NCBI GenBank assembly: GCA_002104905.1
Contig: MCFE01000139.1
Location: forward strand, 93,455 to 157,454
Length of the DNA: 64,000 bases
Source of the DNA: Basidiobolus meristosporus CBS 931.73
Taxonomy: Eukaryota > Fungi > Basidiobolomycota
Reading direction: 5' to 3'
Shown here: piece by piece, positions 12,334 to 26,722 of the stretch
How positions within the stretch are numbered: position 1 is the stretch's first letter
How the letters are laid out: each line of letters begins with the position of its first letter
Program-made: the position numbers and the translations under genes
The notes under the pieces: model-generated
The model's database searches: none
The model's input: only the letters and a program-made list of their open reading frames with translations
What the model was told of the DNA's origin: nothing

Positions 12334-15300
12334 TTCAGTATTATCATACTGAATATAAGATTATGCAATTTGGCCTCACCAATGCCCTAGTTGTCTTTCA
12401 ACACCTAATGAATGATGTAATCCAGGAGTACCTTGACCAATTTGTGGCTATCTACCTTAATGATATCCTAATCTACTCAAAGACTCAAGGAGAACGCAAT
12501 TCACATGTGAAGAAAGTCTTTACTAAGCTTGATGCCGCTAGTCTTTATGCCAAACTGAAAAAATGTGGACTTGACCAGAAGAAGTTGAGTTCCTAGATGA
12601 TCTTATAAGCTCAAATCAAACAAGGATGGACGCCAAGAAAATAGATGCCATCTAATCTTGGAAAACTCCTTGTTTGTAAGAGAAGTGCAATCCTTCCTTG
12701 GATTTGCCAACTTCTACCATAGGTTCATTGCCAACTACTCCAAGGTAATCACTCCCTTGCCCTATGAAAATAATTTGGCCCTACAGATGGATCCAATCCA
12801 GATCAGCCATAAGTATCCCATTTGGAGACTATATTAATACCAGCAGCTGGAATTAGTGACCCTCTTGACAATCTTATGATAGGATCACAACAGCATTTTG
12901 CTAATTTTACTGCCAAATAAAGTTATAAAACTTGACAGGGTTTGAATGGTGCTGTGACAATAATGGCATGGCATTGTTGCGGTCTTGATGCACTCTACAG
13001 CTATTTAATTGTATTTAACAGGCCATGACATTTGACTGCCTTATATGGCAAATAAATTAACATTGTTTCAACAGCATCACTGCAAGACTTTGATGGTAAT
13101 ATTATGGTAGTATGGCAGCCTATAGCTAGTTTTATATATTGCTACCTCATCAATTTACCAAATGGTATTTACTTTTTCTACCTCCCATTGTGCAATCCAT
13201 ATATTCCGCTGTAGAATCACCCCTCTCTACTTGCTTACCCACTACCACCTTGGGTATTCCACATATAGTACAAGTCAAAAAAAATATGGCCTCCTGTTTA
13301 CAAACCTCTACAAAGGCACACACCTGCTGCAATTGACATACTTCTATCACCTCAACTTTACGGCTTTTTGATGTGATACTTGCAAAGTTGCCATATACCT
13401 TGCACTGCTGGTAACATATACATCTTGCAAACATATGCTTGGTTGTTGCAACTTTTGCCAAGAATACCTCCTGAATATCTGCAAAGAACTTCTTGGTACT
13501 TAGCTAGTATATTCCTTCTCTCTGCTGGACTCTAGTCCCCCTTATAGGTGTGCTCTGGCTCTACTTTATGTGAATTTTGTAATGAATGGTGTAGAAGTTG
13601 GCTTGTTACCATGAAAAATGCAGCATACCATGGTAGATTTTTCCTTATATAAACTAGTTTCTTGTTACACCTAATCCAACTTTGCATTACTTAAATTATT
13701 ACCTGCACATTGGGGCTGCTTAGCTTCTTAAGTCCATAGGCATAGGGGTCTCCATGTGCACATCTATCCTCTGTATTTTCCAACTCTTCCTGACTGTCTT
13801 CATGTGCCAAGTCATCACATCCATGACAGATTTGAAGGTAATTTTCTTGATGAGAGTGGGGTATTGTAGTACCTGCAACCTGACTTGTCTTCCTATCTCC
13901 CTACATATCTGCTCCATAGGAAACTCCCAAAGGTGAAGCAAGGCCAAATATTCTCCACACACCAATCAAGATGGAGTAGAGAAAGGATACAGTAGCCTCA
14001 GAGATTTACAGGTTCAGCTTTATGTTTGTAGTATAGCTGCTCAAACCTGCTACAAACTCCTTGTACAACAGCTGTAAATGCAGCAAGTTGGCATTGATGA
14101 TTGCTTGATTGATTCTGAGTGAGGTACTGCATAGCTTTGCAATATATATCAGACTGTATTAGCTTCTTTAGCTGGGGTATTACTGCAGTATATCTGGAAA
14201 CCAGTGACTTTCTCACAAGCCTGTTGTAAGGTACCGGGACTTGTATAGGTCAATACAATTGGCTTTTAAGATATAACTGAAGTTTCAATGGAAATAAACC
14301 AATTTGTAAGCATGAAAAGTAAGAGAAACCGTCAAGTCAGGAAGTAAGAAGTGTAAAAAAGAGGTAATATCCAATCAATGCACACAAATGTAGGAGGTGA
14401 TAGAGTGTCCAAAATCAGAAAGTGAGCACACTGGCAGACAGCCAATTTAAAGCCACTTGTATAGTATTGTGATGTGAAATTTTGGCTAAGTTTTTTGCAA
14501 TATCTGGGGTGTAATTGTTTTGCAACACTCTGGACGGTGTCCTGACAGGATCAGTACCTCTTTGTCACAGGACTTTGAGTTTGTGATGGCCTTTTGACAG
14601 GATCATTTCAATAATTTATCATGGGGCTGACAGAGCTCACCCAGAAAAATCTGCCCTTTGCCTGGAATAAGGAACAGTCTGAGTCCATTGATTCTATCAA
14701 GAAATTTTTCTTGTGTGCCCCACTGCTTTCCCATCCTGACCTCAAGAGACCTTTCATCATAGAAACCAATACCTCTGACATTGCCCTTGGTGCCATCCTT
14801 TCTCAGTACAATGATAAGAATGTGCTACACCCTATTGCATTCTACTCTCAAAAATTTACTCCTGCTGAAGTCAACTATGATATATATGATAAGGAATTAC
14901 TTGCAATCTTTATTTTATCTGAACAATGGAAACACTACCTTGATGGTGCAGCCCAAAAGATAAAGATCTTCTGCAATTGCAAGAACCTCAAGTACTTTAC
15001 CACCTCAAAAGTACTGAACCAGAGACAGGCCAGATGGTCCCTCTTTCTGTTTAGCTGTGACGTTGTCATCACTTATAGACCAGGTGTGAAACAAGGAAAA
15101 CTTGATGCCCTGTTAAGAAAGATGAGGTATTCCCTTGAAAAAGGGGATGATGCTTATTGGCAAATGAGAAACCATGTACTCAACAAAAGATATTTTGAAC
15201 TCCTTGCAGCCTAGTCCTCCAGTATTATAGCACCTTTACTCCTTGAGAATGTCATGACCAGCCAAGCCACCAACTCCGCAGCAGCAACAATCAAGAAATA

Positions 15301-16730
15301 CCTCAAGTCTCCCACCAACCTACCACCCAAGTTCCCAAATCTCCAGCACCTACATCTAGTCAATGACATCATATATCACCAGCACCAGCTGTTTATCCCA
15401 GAACCTGATACCCAGTTGGATATCATCCATTCTTGCCATGATTCAATAACTGCAGGACATTTTTGTACTGCCAAAACCATGAGTGCAATCAAGAGAGACC
15501 TCTGGTGACAAAGATGATATCCCTTGTCATGGAGTACCTCCAATCCTATGATACATGTAATTGTGGATAATCTGCCATACACCAGCCATATGGGCTTTTT
15601 CAACCTTTACTAGTTCCTGACCTGCAATGGAAGTTAATTTCAACAAACTTCATAACCAACCCCCCAAATCCAACCAATTCAATTCAGTTCTAGTAGTGGC
15701 ATATAGACTGACATAGATGGCTCACTTCATTCCCTGCTCCAAGAATATAGACACCAAGGCAACTGCCCACCTAGTAATCAAGAGCATTTTCTGGCTCTAA
15801 GGTATCCCAAGCAACATTGTATCTGACAGAGGACCCCAGTTCATATCAAAATTCTGGAAACACTTCATGCAACATCTTGGTGTGCAAGTCAAGCTCTCAA
15901 CTGCTTTTCATCTTCAGTTAAGTGGTCAGACAGAGAGAATTAACCAGATCCTTGAACAATACCTCTGGTACTATATGAGCTATCAGCAAGACAACTGTAC
16001 TCAGCTGATACCACTTGTAGAATTTGCCTACAACAACTCATGTCTTAGTGCAGCTGGTCTCACACCATTCTATGCAAATGATGGTTTTCATCCACAATTT
16101 GATATTCAGATACTAAAAAACTCTATGAGCCCCCCAGCAGCTGAACCTGCGTCAACAATTTGAGAAATCAAAGAAACACTCATGAAAGAACAATCCCTAG
16201 CCCATGAGGGCTGCAAGAAATTTGCAGACAACAAATGGCAGCCTAGCCCCAAGCTTAATGAAGGAGATTTGGTATTGCTCTTGAGTAGAAACATTGTTAC
16301 CAGCCACCCTTGTGATAAATTAGACTACAAGAAACTGGGACCATTCAAGATCAAGAAGAGGCTTAGTCCAATGGTATACCAACCACAGTTACTGCCAAGT
16401 ATGAAATCCATGACACACTCCATGTATCCCTCATAGAACCATTCCATGAAAGTAATCTACCCAGCCAGCACCCAGCAAATCCCCCAGCCACCCAAGTAGA
16501 CAAACCCCAAGAGTTTTAAGTTCAGCAAGTATTGGATTTAAAGTACATTAAATCCAAACTTCACTATCTGATCATCTGGGTTGGTTACAGACCAAATGAT
16601 CAAACTTAGGAACCAGCAGCAAACCTCACAAACTACTAAGATCTAGTTGCACTATTTAACCAGACATACACTAACAAGCCAATGCAAAAGCTTGAGCAGA
16701 GCCCCTCAAAAGAGGAGAATAGTGTTGTGA
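12334..16730 (+). mobile_element. Ty3/gypsy chromovirus pol (RT 12334-12759; RH-integrase-chromodomain 14627-16650; PPT then LTR start TGTTG at 16723), split by a DNA transposon
   Basis: MQFGLTNA and YLNDILIYS (RT); ETNTSDIALGAILSQ and NYDIYDKELLAI (RH); LSTAFHLQLSGQTERINQ (integrase); VQQVLD...YLIIWVGY (chromodomain). The sequence ITPL|TELTQK is split by the insert. Confidence 0.88.
12760..14626 (-). mobile_element. Internally deleted CMC/EnSpm element with CCC termini
   Basis: Termini CCCTATGAAAA and, reverse-complemented, CCCCATGATAA (9/11 match). Flanks TTG (12757-59) and CTG (14627-29) look like a decayed TSD. Internal WEFPMEQIC transposase motif. Confidence 0.75.
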
Positions 16731-17199
16731 TCTCATGACATCCCTGGTCTCCAATGCGTAAGCTAAATTACATTGGTAAAGAAATCCCAGTTCCTTCTTC
16801 AAAGACCTGCTGCACTCTAGCAACTTCTGAAAACCTCCAAGTCAACATTATGCAATGGAACATTCTATGGAGGCTCCTGTTTGGAATTTATATAGCTCAA
16901 AACCATATATGGTAATTGCATGTCACATGGCCTAGTCTCATGACCAGCTGACCCCTGACATATCTCCATGTGATATTCTAATCTGTACTTTAGTATATTT
17001 CTATCTTGGCACACTAACTGTGCCTCACCCCATAACCCCATCAGGATTAGCCAATATCTCTTGGCATCCATATTGCCAAAAAGGATATATAGTCCTATCC
17101 CCCCTTATGTATTCCTCAGTCTTATAAACACATGTCTTGAATAGACAGCCTTGCCTTGGAAATCAGCCTTGCCTTATTGATCCACACCTAAGTTCTTTC

Positions 17200-17600
17200 C
17201 TGGTCCTGCCTTGCCTAGCTCTACCCTTCTGCATTGTGTCTATTCACAACAGTATCAAGTGGCTGGGAAAATATTGTTGGTGAATTAGTAACTGATGAAT
17301 GATCATATATGACTTGTGTGGCAAAACACTGGTCATGATCCTTGTAATACTTCCTATGCTGTCTGAAAGCTTTATGGCTGAGAGGCTTGCTACAATAGCC
17401 ACATGGTCTTTTTTCTCTTCTCCTACAGCATTGAATCAAAGTAGTCTTGTCCGTGGGGCAAACCATTTGGCAATCATCAATCTAATGCTATTATATCATA
17501 CTTTTGTCAATGCAAATGTGCATCAACAACAGTCTTGTATTTGAGGCATTGCACCTATATGAATGTGAGATTCAATGATGACCTGTCATAGTGAGCATTA
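17200..17600 (-). mobile_element. CMC/EnSpm transposase N-terminal fragment
   Basis: ORF 17466-17221 (CGYCSKPLSHKAFRQH) is the inverted homologue of 23080-23480, which leads into the transposase relic. Confidence 0.55.
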
Positions 17601-18084
17601 TGAATAAAGCTGTGGAACCACATATTTATGTATACAAACACAGGTATTCAAACACAAATAAACAAAATAAATAATCTTATCTCAGGCATGAATATAACTA
17701 AATTAACTGTTAAAAATATTAGCATCGTTCTCAACCTTAAACTCTCTGTACCCTGGGACAAAAATATATTTATGGATATTATTTTAACCAACCCAAAACT
17801 AAGATATCATATTGCAATTCCAGAAACAAACAGCACCATACAATACGTTTGCTATTTCCCCTTTGGTTTGACTCACTTCAATATATATGCAGCCAAAAAA
17901 TAAAGCAAAGCTGTCAGGTTCCCAACCAAACCCCACCACAATTACAAGTTTAAAGGTTATGAGACTTCCCCTGCATCACTTGCACTGTTGAGTATTCTGA
18001 CTATGATTTGTACTACATCAGTAAAGAGACTGCAAAGCTCACAAGAACCCAATCTAAGTTCTACAAGAAACTACCACTTTTCTT

Positions 18085-18330
18085 TTGGAAAAGTTTCCTC
18101 TAAGAAACCCCTTTACTCCAAAGACACCCCTTTAGTCTAAAGACCCATTTAGAGATCCCTTTAAGAAACCCCTTTACTCTAAAGAAGCCCCTTTAGGCAC
18201 CCCTTTAGTGTAGATTCCACTTTAGAGACCACTACAAGAAGCCACTTTACTCTAAAGACACCCCTTTAGACACCCCTTTAGGTCTAAAGACCCCTTTAGA
18301 GACTTCTACAACAAACCCCCTTAGATTAAA
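18085..18330. repeat. Degenerate CCCCTTTAG / CTAAAG short-repeat array (copy 2), containing CACTACAAGAA at 18230
   Basis: Multiple CCCCTTTA(G/C) and CTAAAG units; same downstream flank as the 11925 array. Confidence 0.75.
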
Positions 18331-19689
18331 GGGGAGTTTAGAATTTCCATGTTTGGAAATATTTTCATAGAAAGGAAAGCAACTTCCAAATAAGGAGAAG
18401 TTACTATAAGAGTAAATAAGCCCATTAGCTGACAGAAGGTCAGAACACTGCTGTAGAAGTGATAAACACTGCCTATAGTGTATTTTGAGCCTAAGATTGA
18501 GGAAATTAGTGAAAGTTATATCTTTTATTGGTTTATCAAACTCCCAATAAACTATTCCACTATTAGCATACTGGAAGTTGTTGTACATTGTTGATTAGCC
18601 TCTACATTGTAGAACAAGCCCCAAACTAATCATAATACAACACAACAGATGTACTGGATTTGGATTGGAGAATTAGAAGATATATACAATACTCACTAGT
18701 TACTTTGTTGAGTTGCACAACACATCATTTGTGCTTATTGCATAACTACATCAATGTAACTACTTGGTCATAATTACAGGATTTTCAGATGTAAATGTGC
18801 CAAGCTACAGCTCATTAAGACAACTTTCAAATTTTTCTAAAATTCTGTACTTCACTAATTCATAATAAACAGCTATTCTCCTACAAAATTACTTATAAGA
18901 TAATAACCTGAGATAACTCAGTATCTGAAAGAGCTTGATTTTCTTGAAATGCACTATCTCAACTTGGTGATTAGTGCATTTATATTGTCACAGAGCAGGC
19001 ATGATACAAGTGTTCATATAACTATAGTTGAGGGACACTAAGTTTAGCTATTTTTCTATTCAATTGACATTGAACTGACTTTCATTGATTCTCCAGCAGC
19101 TCCTTGCACACATCTTGCTAGATGAATTGCTGACTGGTTGTAGCTTCCTATGTAGGTTGTGGCTGATGGTTCAATCAAGTTCATCATCATTGCTCAGATA
19201 GTCCTTATTCATCATATCAATCTCTATCTGGTAAGGATCTGACAATTCAGCTGATGACTAGTAGTACTGACTTGATAGATGATACTAACATGCCAATAGG
19301 CTAAACATGGAGCTGATGTATTAGATCAAAAACTAATCTTACTTAAATATCCAAGTAGCAGATTGTAAATTCTACCCTTCTAGAGTTGAGAGGGCTCTAT
19401 TGAGTCTCTTTTCTTGTAATACTAATATCTTGATGGTTTGGTATTGTAAGTAGGAGTTGCAAGCTTGAGTCTGTCTAGTTGAACTACTTATTTGTGGATA
19501 TTTTCTTGTTTATTCACTTGCTGTTAGGTTGCAAATGCGCGTTCGGTGATGATCTTAAATGCTTAGTATATTGTGGCCCAAACTTCTTCCAGTATTACTT
19601 CTCATCAATGCAAAGCTCCAAACTGTTGATGCTTCTGTTGGTATAATCTTATCTAATCTCTGTTCCATCAATTCTGCACCTGTGAGCAC

Positions 19690-20690
19690 TTTAGCTTGTG
19701 CCTTCTGATGTCTTTGTAGCAGAGCTTAGCCACTGGGCTCTAAGTTCAATAGTTGATTGCTACTAGGATCTACTAGCTGCATTTACTAGTGGTTCAGTCT
19801 TGCAATGAAGTCAACAACTGCATTGTTATTCCCAGGTCAGTAGACAATCCTGCTTACTGTATACAAATATATCATCTTGGGAGATTACCACAAGCTTCAA
19901 AGTGCTCACCAAAGATGGCTTGTATTCAATTCCTGAATGCTGCAGGGGCATTAGGGAGGCTAAACTCATGACTAGGCACTTCCAGTGTCCATATCTAGTT
20001 TTGAATACTGTCTTGGGGGTATCTTCTGGTTTTGCCTCAAGTTGATCATATCTTGAAATAAGTTCAATCTTGCTGAATAGGGAGGCTACATTAGTTTGGT
20101 AAGAAAAACACATCAGTCTAAGATATTGGGTACTTTTTCTTCAAGGAAACTGAATTCAGAGCTTGGCAGTCAATGCACATCCTAAGTGATCCATCCTTCT
20201 TCTTCACAAAAAGCACTGGTGCACCCTAATGTGACTTTGTGGGCCTGATGTTACCTTGCTTCAGTAGCTGGTCAATGCAACTCTTCATTGCATCCAATTC
20301 TATGGATACAATTGGTATGGTGTTTAGCTTGCAGGGGGGCTATCCCCTGGGTTATTGGCATGATGCAAGTTACAGATTCTGTTTACTCAGCCATGGTACT
20401 GGTTGATCTCCACACCAAAGTTGCTGTTGACAGCACTGTGGGGATTATGGGCCATGGTAGTCATCTTGTGTTGCTGCAGGCCAAGGATCCGGATAAAGAT
20501 GCAACACTTAGGGTCACTCACCTGGAGATTCCAAGACACAAAATATATGCAACTGGCCTACTCCCACTAACTTAACCCAAGCTTGTGGCTTTGTGGCAGC
20601 TTGTGGGTTCTTCAGGATCTGGATACCATGGATTTCTTAAGTTGCAGAACCAATTCACTACCAACAAAGAATGACCGCCCCATCTAAATT
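19690..20690 (-). mobile_element. Ty3/gypsy gag-RT relic
   Basis: [15 protein letters not shown] and KTVFKTRYGHWKCLVM; decayed. Confidence 0.75.
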
Positions 20691-21850
20691 GGAAGAAGAT
20701 CAAGAAGTGCAATGCAACCACTAAAGGAGGCCCTAGTATATCCACCAAATCTAAGACTGGAGCACTACTGGGCTAAGATGGCATAGATGGCAACCACTAT
20801 GCCAGCTGGTATGAGAGCTGCCTTTTCTCTCCTAGAGAACAAAGGTACTGTCAGATTAAGAGAGAACTGCTAGGAGTTGTGAAGTCACTAAGGAAATTGA
20901 AGTTACAGCTCTACATGACACATTTTATCCTGGAGACAGATGCCAAGCAATTTATAGGAATGATCAATAAGCCTGACTTACCTGACAATGCCAGTAACCA
21001 ATAGATGGCATAGTTGAAGATATTTGACTTTGAGGCTGGACATATCCCTGGCAAGACAAATGTTGTAGCTGATGAACTATCCAGAAAGGGATTACAACTC
21101 TCTGAGGACTTGGAACTCTACTTTGACAATATGCTTGATGCCAAGATATGGCAGATTGCCATCAAAGACCAAGATAGAACTCCCTGGAGCCTGATCATTC
21201 AGTATCTAAGGACAATAAAGAAGCCTAGCTGGATGAAACCTTGCAAGTTCAGCATCTTACTGATACAATCTGTCTATGGCCAAAGGTTGGTATTGATCTT
21301 GTGCACATGCCAACAGCAGGATCCAAGAAGTAACCAATTGTTGCTAGAGATGACCTTAGTGGATGGGAAGAAGCTCAAGCCTAGCCCAACAACAAGAGCC
21401 ATACCATATGGAGATTTATATTTCAAGACATTATCTGCAGATTTGGCTACATCCAACAGTATGTTGCTGACAGAGGAGAGATTACATCCCAAATGATTGA
21501 GGTATTGTGCTCAAAGTACAAGATACACATTGCTTTTACTACAGCTTATAATCCTCAAGCTTATGGGATGGTAGAGAGGGCATGGACCACCGGTGAACTA
21601 TTTAGTCTGGACCTGTGAGCATAATACAACACTGTGGCTACAACAGTTGCATCTTGCACTCTGGGCAGATAGGATTACTACTAAGAGAACAACTAGATTA
21701 TTGACATTTAAGCTATAGTATGAATATGACTGCATACTACCAGTTGAGTTAGGCACAGCCACTTGGAACACATTGGATTGGAAATCTAATATGTAGACTG
21801 AAGACCTCTTAGCCACTTGTACACAGCAACTTGATCACCATGACTTAAAT
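20690..21850 (+). mobile_element. Ty3/gypsy RNaseH-integrase relic (different family from the previous one)
   Basis: FILETDAKQFIGMINKPDLP, FEAGHIPGKTNVVADELSR, TAYNPQAYGMVER. Confidence 0.75.
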
Positions 21851-23079
21851 ATCAACAATTTAATCCCATTGGACTTAGTTGATCAGTACTATCTCATTAG
21901 TTGGCTAATTATCACACCTGCTTATCTTATTGAAACAAGTTATCTGTCATTCAATGTGAGATCACCTCATTTAAGTGCCTCTATATTAGGCAGGTAGCTA
22001 CACCTGTACCCCTGACACATGACCAAACCATGTCACCATCCCTACCACTTTCATACCAGATATGGTATTCCTATGTAACACAGGTCTCAGAATACTGATT
22101 TCTGCTTGATTGGGTGTGCTGTGTTTCTTAAAACCTTTGGGCACCCACTTAGAGCATTCTTAGCTCATTCTGATGTCATTAAGATTTCTATTTGACCACC
22201 AGAACCTTCTGTAATATTATGATTAGTATTCACTTTGCCAGCAAGAAAATTATATGGGACAGGCAATCACTCAGCAATAAATCATCATCCCTTTTTATCA
22301 ATATACTAACTTGGTGATTAATGTGATCACTGCTACCTGCTGCTACCTGAACTTCCAATCACAGACCACAGGACACAAATCTTCACTGTCTTTTGGTTTT
22401 TGGGCTTTGGTATAAACACTTCAGCTTCTCCCTCCCATGCTGTGATAGGTTTCTCTATAGGCTTTATCTTTGCACATTGCTGTTGTACTTCAAAGACTGG
22501 ACAGTGCACCGATGCTCTTACACTAAGAGATGGCTCAATTCTTGTCTGTCACATTGAGCTACTTGAGTTCCTTGCTTGCAGCAACAATACTGCTTTCTTC
22601 ACCTGGGATATTAATTGGTGTACATGCATTATCCACTCATCTGATTTCTGGACTATTTCCTGATCTCTTTGGCCTAATGCATCTATCCCATCAGCCACTG
22701 CACCTAAGTCTGCATTATTGATTTAGTATGAGCTGACAGCATACTTGCTAATACAGGTAGTGGGGATGTTGTGATGGCCACTTGCTTGTCTTCAACTGAA
22801 GGAACTGCTTTTGCAACATTCTCATCTGCTTCAGCAACATGGTCAGCTTGCAGCTCCGCAGAGATTCCCAATTGCCTACTTGACTGAGAGCCTGAGGAGT
22901 CCACATTGTGACCTTTGGTGGGCACACTCTCCGCAGGTCCTTTTTTGGCTGTAGCCCTGCTTGTTGCACCAAATGTCAAAGCAAGCAGCTGTCCAACTGC
23001 TCTACTGCTGCTGTCAGTGGTGGTATTTGGTTGGGAACCAGGCAACTTTGCTTTATTTTTTTGTGGTATATATATGGCA

Positions 23080-25627
23080 GTGAGTCAAACCAAAGTGGAA
23101 ATGGTGTTACATATATGTATGTATGTGGTGCCACAACTTTATTAATAATGCTTACTATGATGGTTTATCATTGTATCTTACATTCATGTATGTGCAATAT
23201 CTCAAATACAAGACTGTCTTAAATTCACATGAGTATTGACAAGAAAATGTAATAATATGTTATGTTGTTGAGTATCAAACTGCATGCTCCATAGAAAAGG
23301 CTACTTTGATTCAACACTGTAAGAGAAGAGAAAAAAGACCACGTGGCATTTGCATCAAGCCTCATAGCCATGAAGCATGCATACAGCATAGCAAGTATTA
23401 CAAGGATCACAGACAGTGTTTTGCCACACAAGTCATATATGACCATTCATTAGTCACTACCCTACCAACAATATCTTGCTGGTAAGTTGATACTTCTACA
23501 ACAATACCTGGCTATACTTGTTGCCTTGCACAAACTGAGTCAGGTGAGCATGTGATGTCTCAGGCTCACCTCAAACTTCTGAATATGGCATGTAGAGTGA
23601 TAGCTCTGTAGAAGCAGGCTCACCAATGGGCTGTGAGCCTATCTTCTCTAATAAAAGTACCCTGCTTGAGCCTGCCAAAATCCCATTATGCAATGAGACA
23701 ACACCTATGGAAAAAAATGTCAAGGATACTTTATGGAGTCAAGTGAGCCCAGTAATCCATCTGCTGGTGAATGATGTGATGTTGTGGCTAGAGAAGTAGT
23801 GCGGTTCCACTAATATTGGTAATGAGAGCCTTGAGGATTTACTACTACTTCTTGCCAAAACCATCCCAGGATGCCACTTACCATGAACATTGTATAAGTA
23901 AACAACTATCATATGGCTAGCAACATATGACCCAGAAACTGTCCTGATACCTGCATGCATTAACAGCTGCATGGCATTCACATCAGAAAATGCCACCATT
24001 GAAAGGTGTCCAACTTGTCAGGAGTCCACCACCATTGGGGGAAAATGTAGTTTGCTCTCTGGATATACTCTGGTAATACTCTGTCTAAAGAAGCTTATGC
24101 AGTCCAACAAATATTTCAAATCTATAAAGTACTGCACTCATTATCAATCAAGCGCAAGCATATCCAATATATTTGATGGCAAACAGTACAAACAGCTAAG
24201 AAGCAAGGGTTACTTTGCAGGTATGTATGACCATGCCTTTGCTAGGGCACTTGATGGATTCTCATTAAACAAGTACTCTACCAGCAAATTCTGCTGGCCA
24301 CTGATTCTCATCAACCCAAATCTGCCACCTATCTTACAGTATCAGAGCCAAAATCAGATAATGTGTCACTGGTATCTGGCCTAAATCACCATCCTACCTG
24401 ATACCAGCATATGCCAACAGTTGCATGGCATTCCCATCATGTTTCTTGCCATATAAGGCAATAGGATGCACTGGCCAGTTAGATCCACTTAAATAGCTGT
24501 AGAGCACACTAAGGCTGCAACAATGCTATGCCACCCTTGGCAAAACACTGCCCAAACACTGTAATGTTTTTTAACTTTTTTTTGCAATAAGATTAGCCAA
24601 ATGCTGTTGTAATCCCATCATAAGATTGTGTAGAGGGTCATTAATTCCAAGCTGCTGGTATTATAATGGTCTCCTGACAGGATCTTGACCGCTGATCTAG
24701 ATTGGATCTACCTGCAGGACCAAATTGTTGCTTGCAGGGATTTATCTACCACAGCCTCCACATCTTCCCTTGTTGACAGAATGGAGTTCCCACTGACAGA
24801 CAAAGTTACAATGTTAAGAACTCAAAAGACTATCACAATGCCTTCTGTGGAATTTTGGAACATTAATAAGCATACCAAGAGGTTGCAGCACTTCTTCAAG
24901 AGCAATGCTCAAGAAAATGCACTTGAACATTGCAAGGATTTATTGCAAAGACTGGCAGTTGAGATAAGATGTAAATGTTACCAGCAATGCAAGACATAAG
25001 GAAACTTGGTAACTATTGCACTCATTAGCTGTAAAGTTAAGGTGATAGATATATGCCAATTGCAACAGGTGTATGTGACTGTAGAGGTTAGCAAGCAGAA
25101 GGCCTTGGTATTTTTTGATTCAAATTATATGTGGAGTATTTGTGGCTAGGTGGGTAAGTTAATAAGTGACTCTACAGTGGAGTGTATGAATGGTACAAGT
25201 GGAGGTAAAAGAATGAAATGCCATTTGGTAAAGTGGTATAGGAGCATTACATAAGACCAGCAGTAGGCCATCACACAGCTGTGATAAAGCCTATGGAGGT
25301 CTGCATAATAGTGACTTAAGCATTGTCAAGTAGTTCTCCATATAAGGCAAATAGACATATTGGCCAGTTAAGCCCTCTGATATAATATTGGGCTGCAACA
25401 GAATCACTATAAGGCCATCAGAATCCTGCAATGATGCTGTCTAGGCATTTTCAAGTTTATCACTATATTTGGCATTTTAGACAGCACAGCAATGTACCAA
25501 CCCTGCCATAACATTATTTTGAGGGTGAGGAATTCAAAGCTAATGGCATTGTTATGGCCTCATTGCAGGATCATGATATTTGACCCATATTGAATCTAAG
25601 CCTGGGACCAAATTATTTTTCACAGGG
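23080..25627 (+). mobile_element. CMC/EnSpm (CACTA-type) element relic with CCC-type right terminus at 25627
   Basis: RCPTCQES, NIFDGKQYKQLR, DGFSLNK, WPLILINPNLPP. The reverse-complemented end CCCTGTGAAAAATAATTTGGTCCC matches the 12760 terminus. Confidence 0.75.
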
Positions 25628-26722
25628 ACATTATGAAAATTACAAATACCACTTTACATTCTATTCATCATCAGGTTAAAACCACATAATCTACTTCCAC
25701 TCCCAGTTGCTACCAACATCTCCAAAACTCTTGCAACAACCCAGAAGAGGTAGAAGGTCCAATTTGATCTGGTAAACTAGTAGAATGGCAGATAGAGTAA
25801 AAGTAGTTGACCACCATAAGGTCATCAAAAAGCCATCAGAAGCCAATCGGAAGGCCATCAAAGCACCACCAAGTTTTCCACCATAACAGGCTATTGGGAT
25901 GTACTGACCAGTTGGTTATCATAAAAGCACCATGAAGATCATATCATAAACATGCCAAAAATGGTGGGAATTCCAATATGCGGTTGTTGTAGTAGTGCCT
26001 TGACAGAATCATGATGGCTAATCCAGATTGGATCCACCCACAAAAGCGTTTTATTTTCCATGGAGTATATCATGTTCGCCCACTCCAAGGCCTTCCTGTT
26101 TAAGAATCACTTCTGCCAAACCTGGTACTACACCATTATGCAAGTCCTGGATAAATGGCTACGCAGGGGCTATCATGACATCAACATTAGCAACTATATT
26201 TTGGGGCCACCAGTGATACTTTGGAGAACTTGCAGGTTTACAAGATACCCACTGATTGGTATACCGCTGATGTATTTACAATAGCAGGAGACCTAGAGTT
26301 GCAACATGCTGATACGAGCCTAGATGCAGCAAGTGAATCACACCTTGGAAACTTTGCGCATTCTACTTCAAGTGTACAGGCATGCTGATTCCACGGTATC
26401 TTCATGGGCAGCAGATTCCAATAGATTGATTTGGTTACGCTCCAATATCAAGCCATTCACGCACAGGAAGTGCCTGGGCAAGATTTGCCCAATACTCCAA
26501 AGAGCTTTGCAGCAAGAAGCGCTTTAGGTGGGGTGGATCTACTCCTCACAATATGACCACTCGACCGCCAGATGTTGCACACCGATAAATTAGTCAAGTA
26601 TTTATTTATATAGAAACATCAAAAAAATACAGGAATGCGTGGGGAGCATAGCGGCACCCACACACGATAGTTAAATACCAACTTCACTTCAGTGTAGACT
26701 TCCCTTCGGCCTTGGGATGGGA

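Noticed and set aside
18230-18240. CACTACAAGAA as a true CACTA terminal inverted repeat
   Set aside because: It sits inside the repeat array with the same upstream context as its homologue at about 12010 (CACTATCAGAA); no partner TIR or TSD was found.
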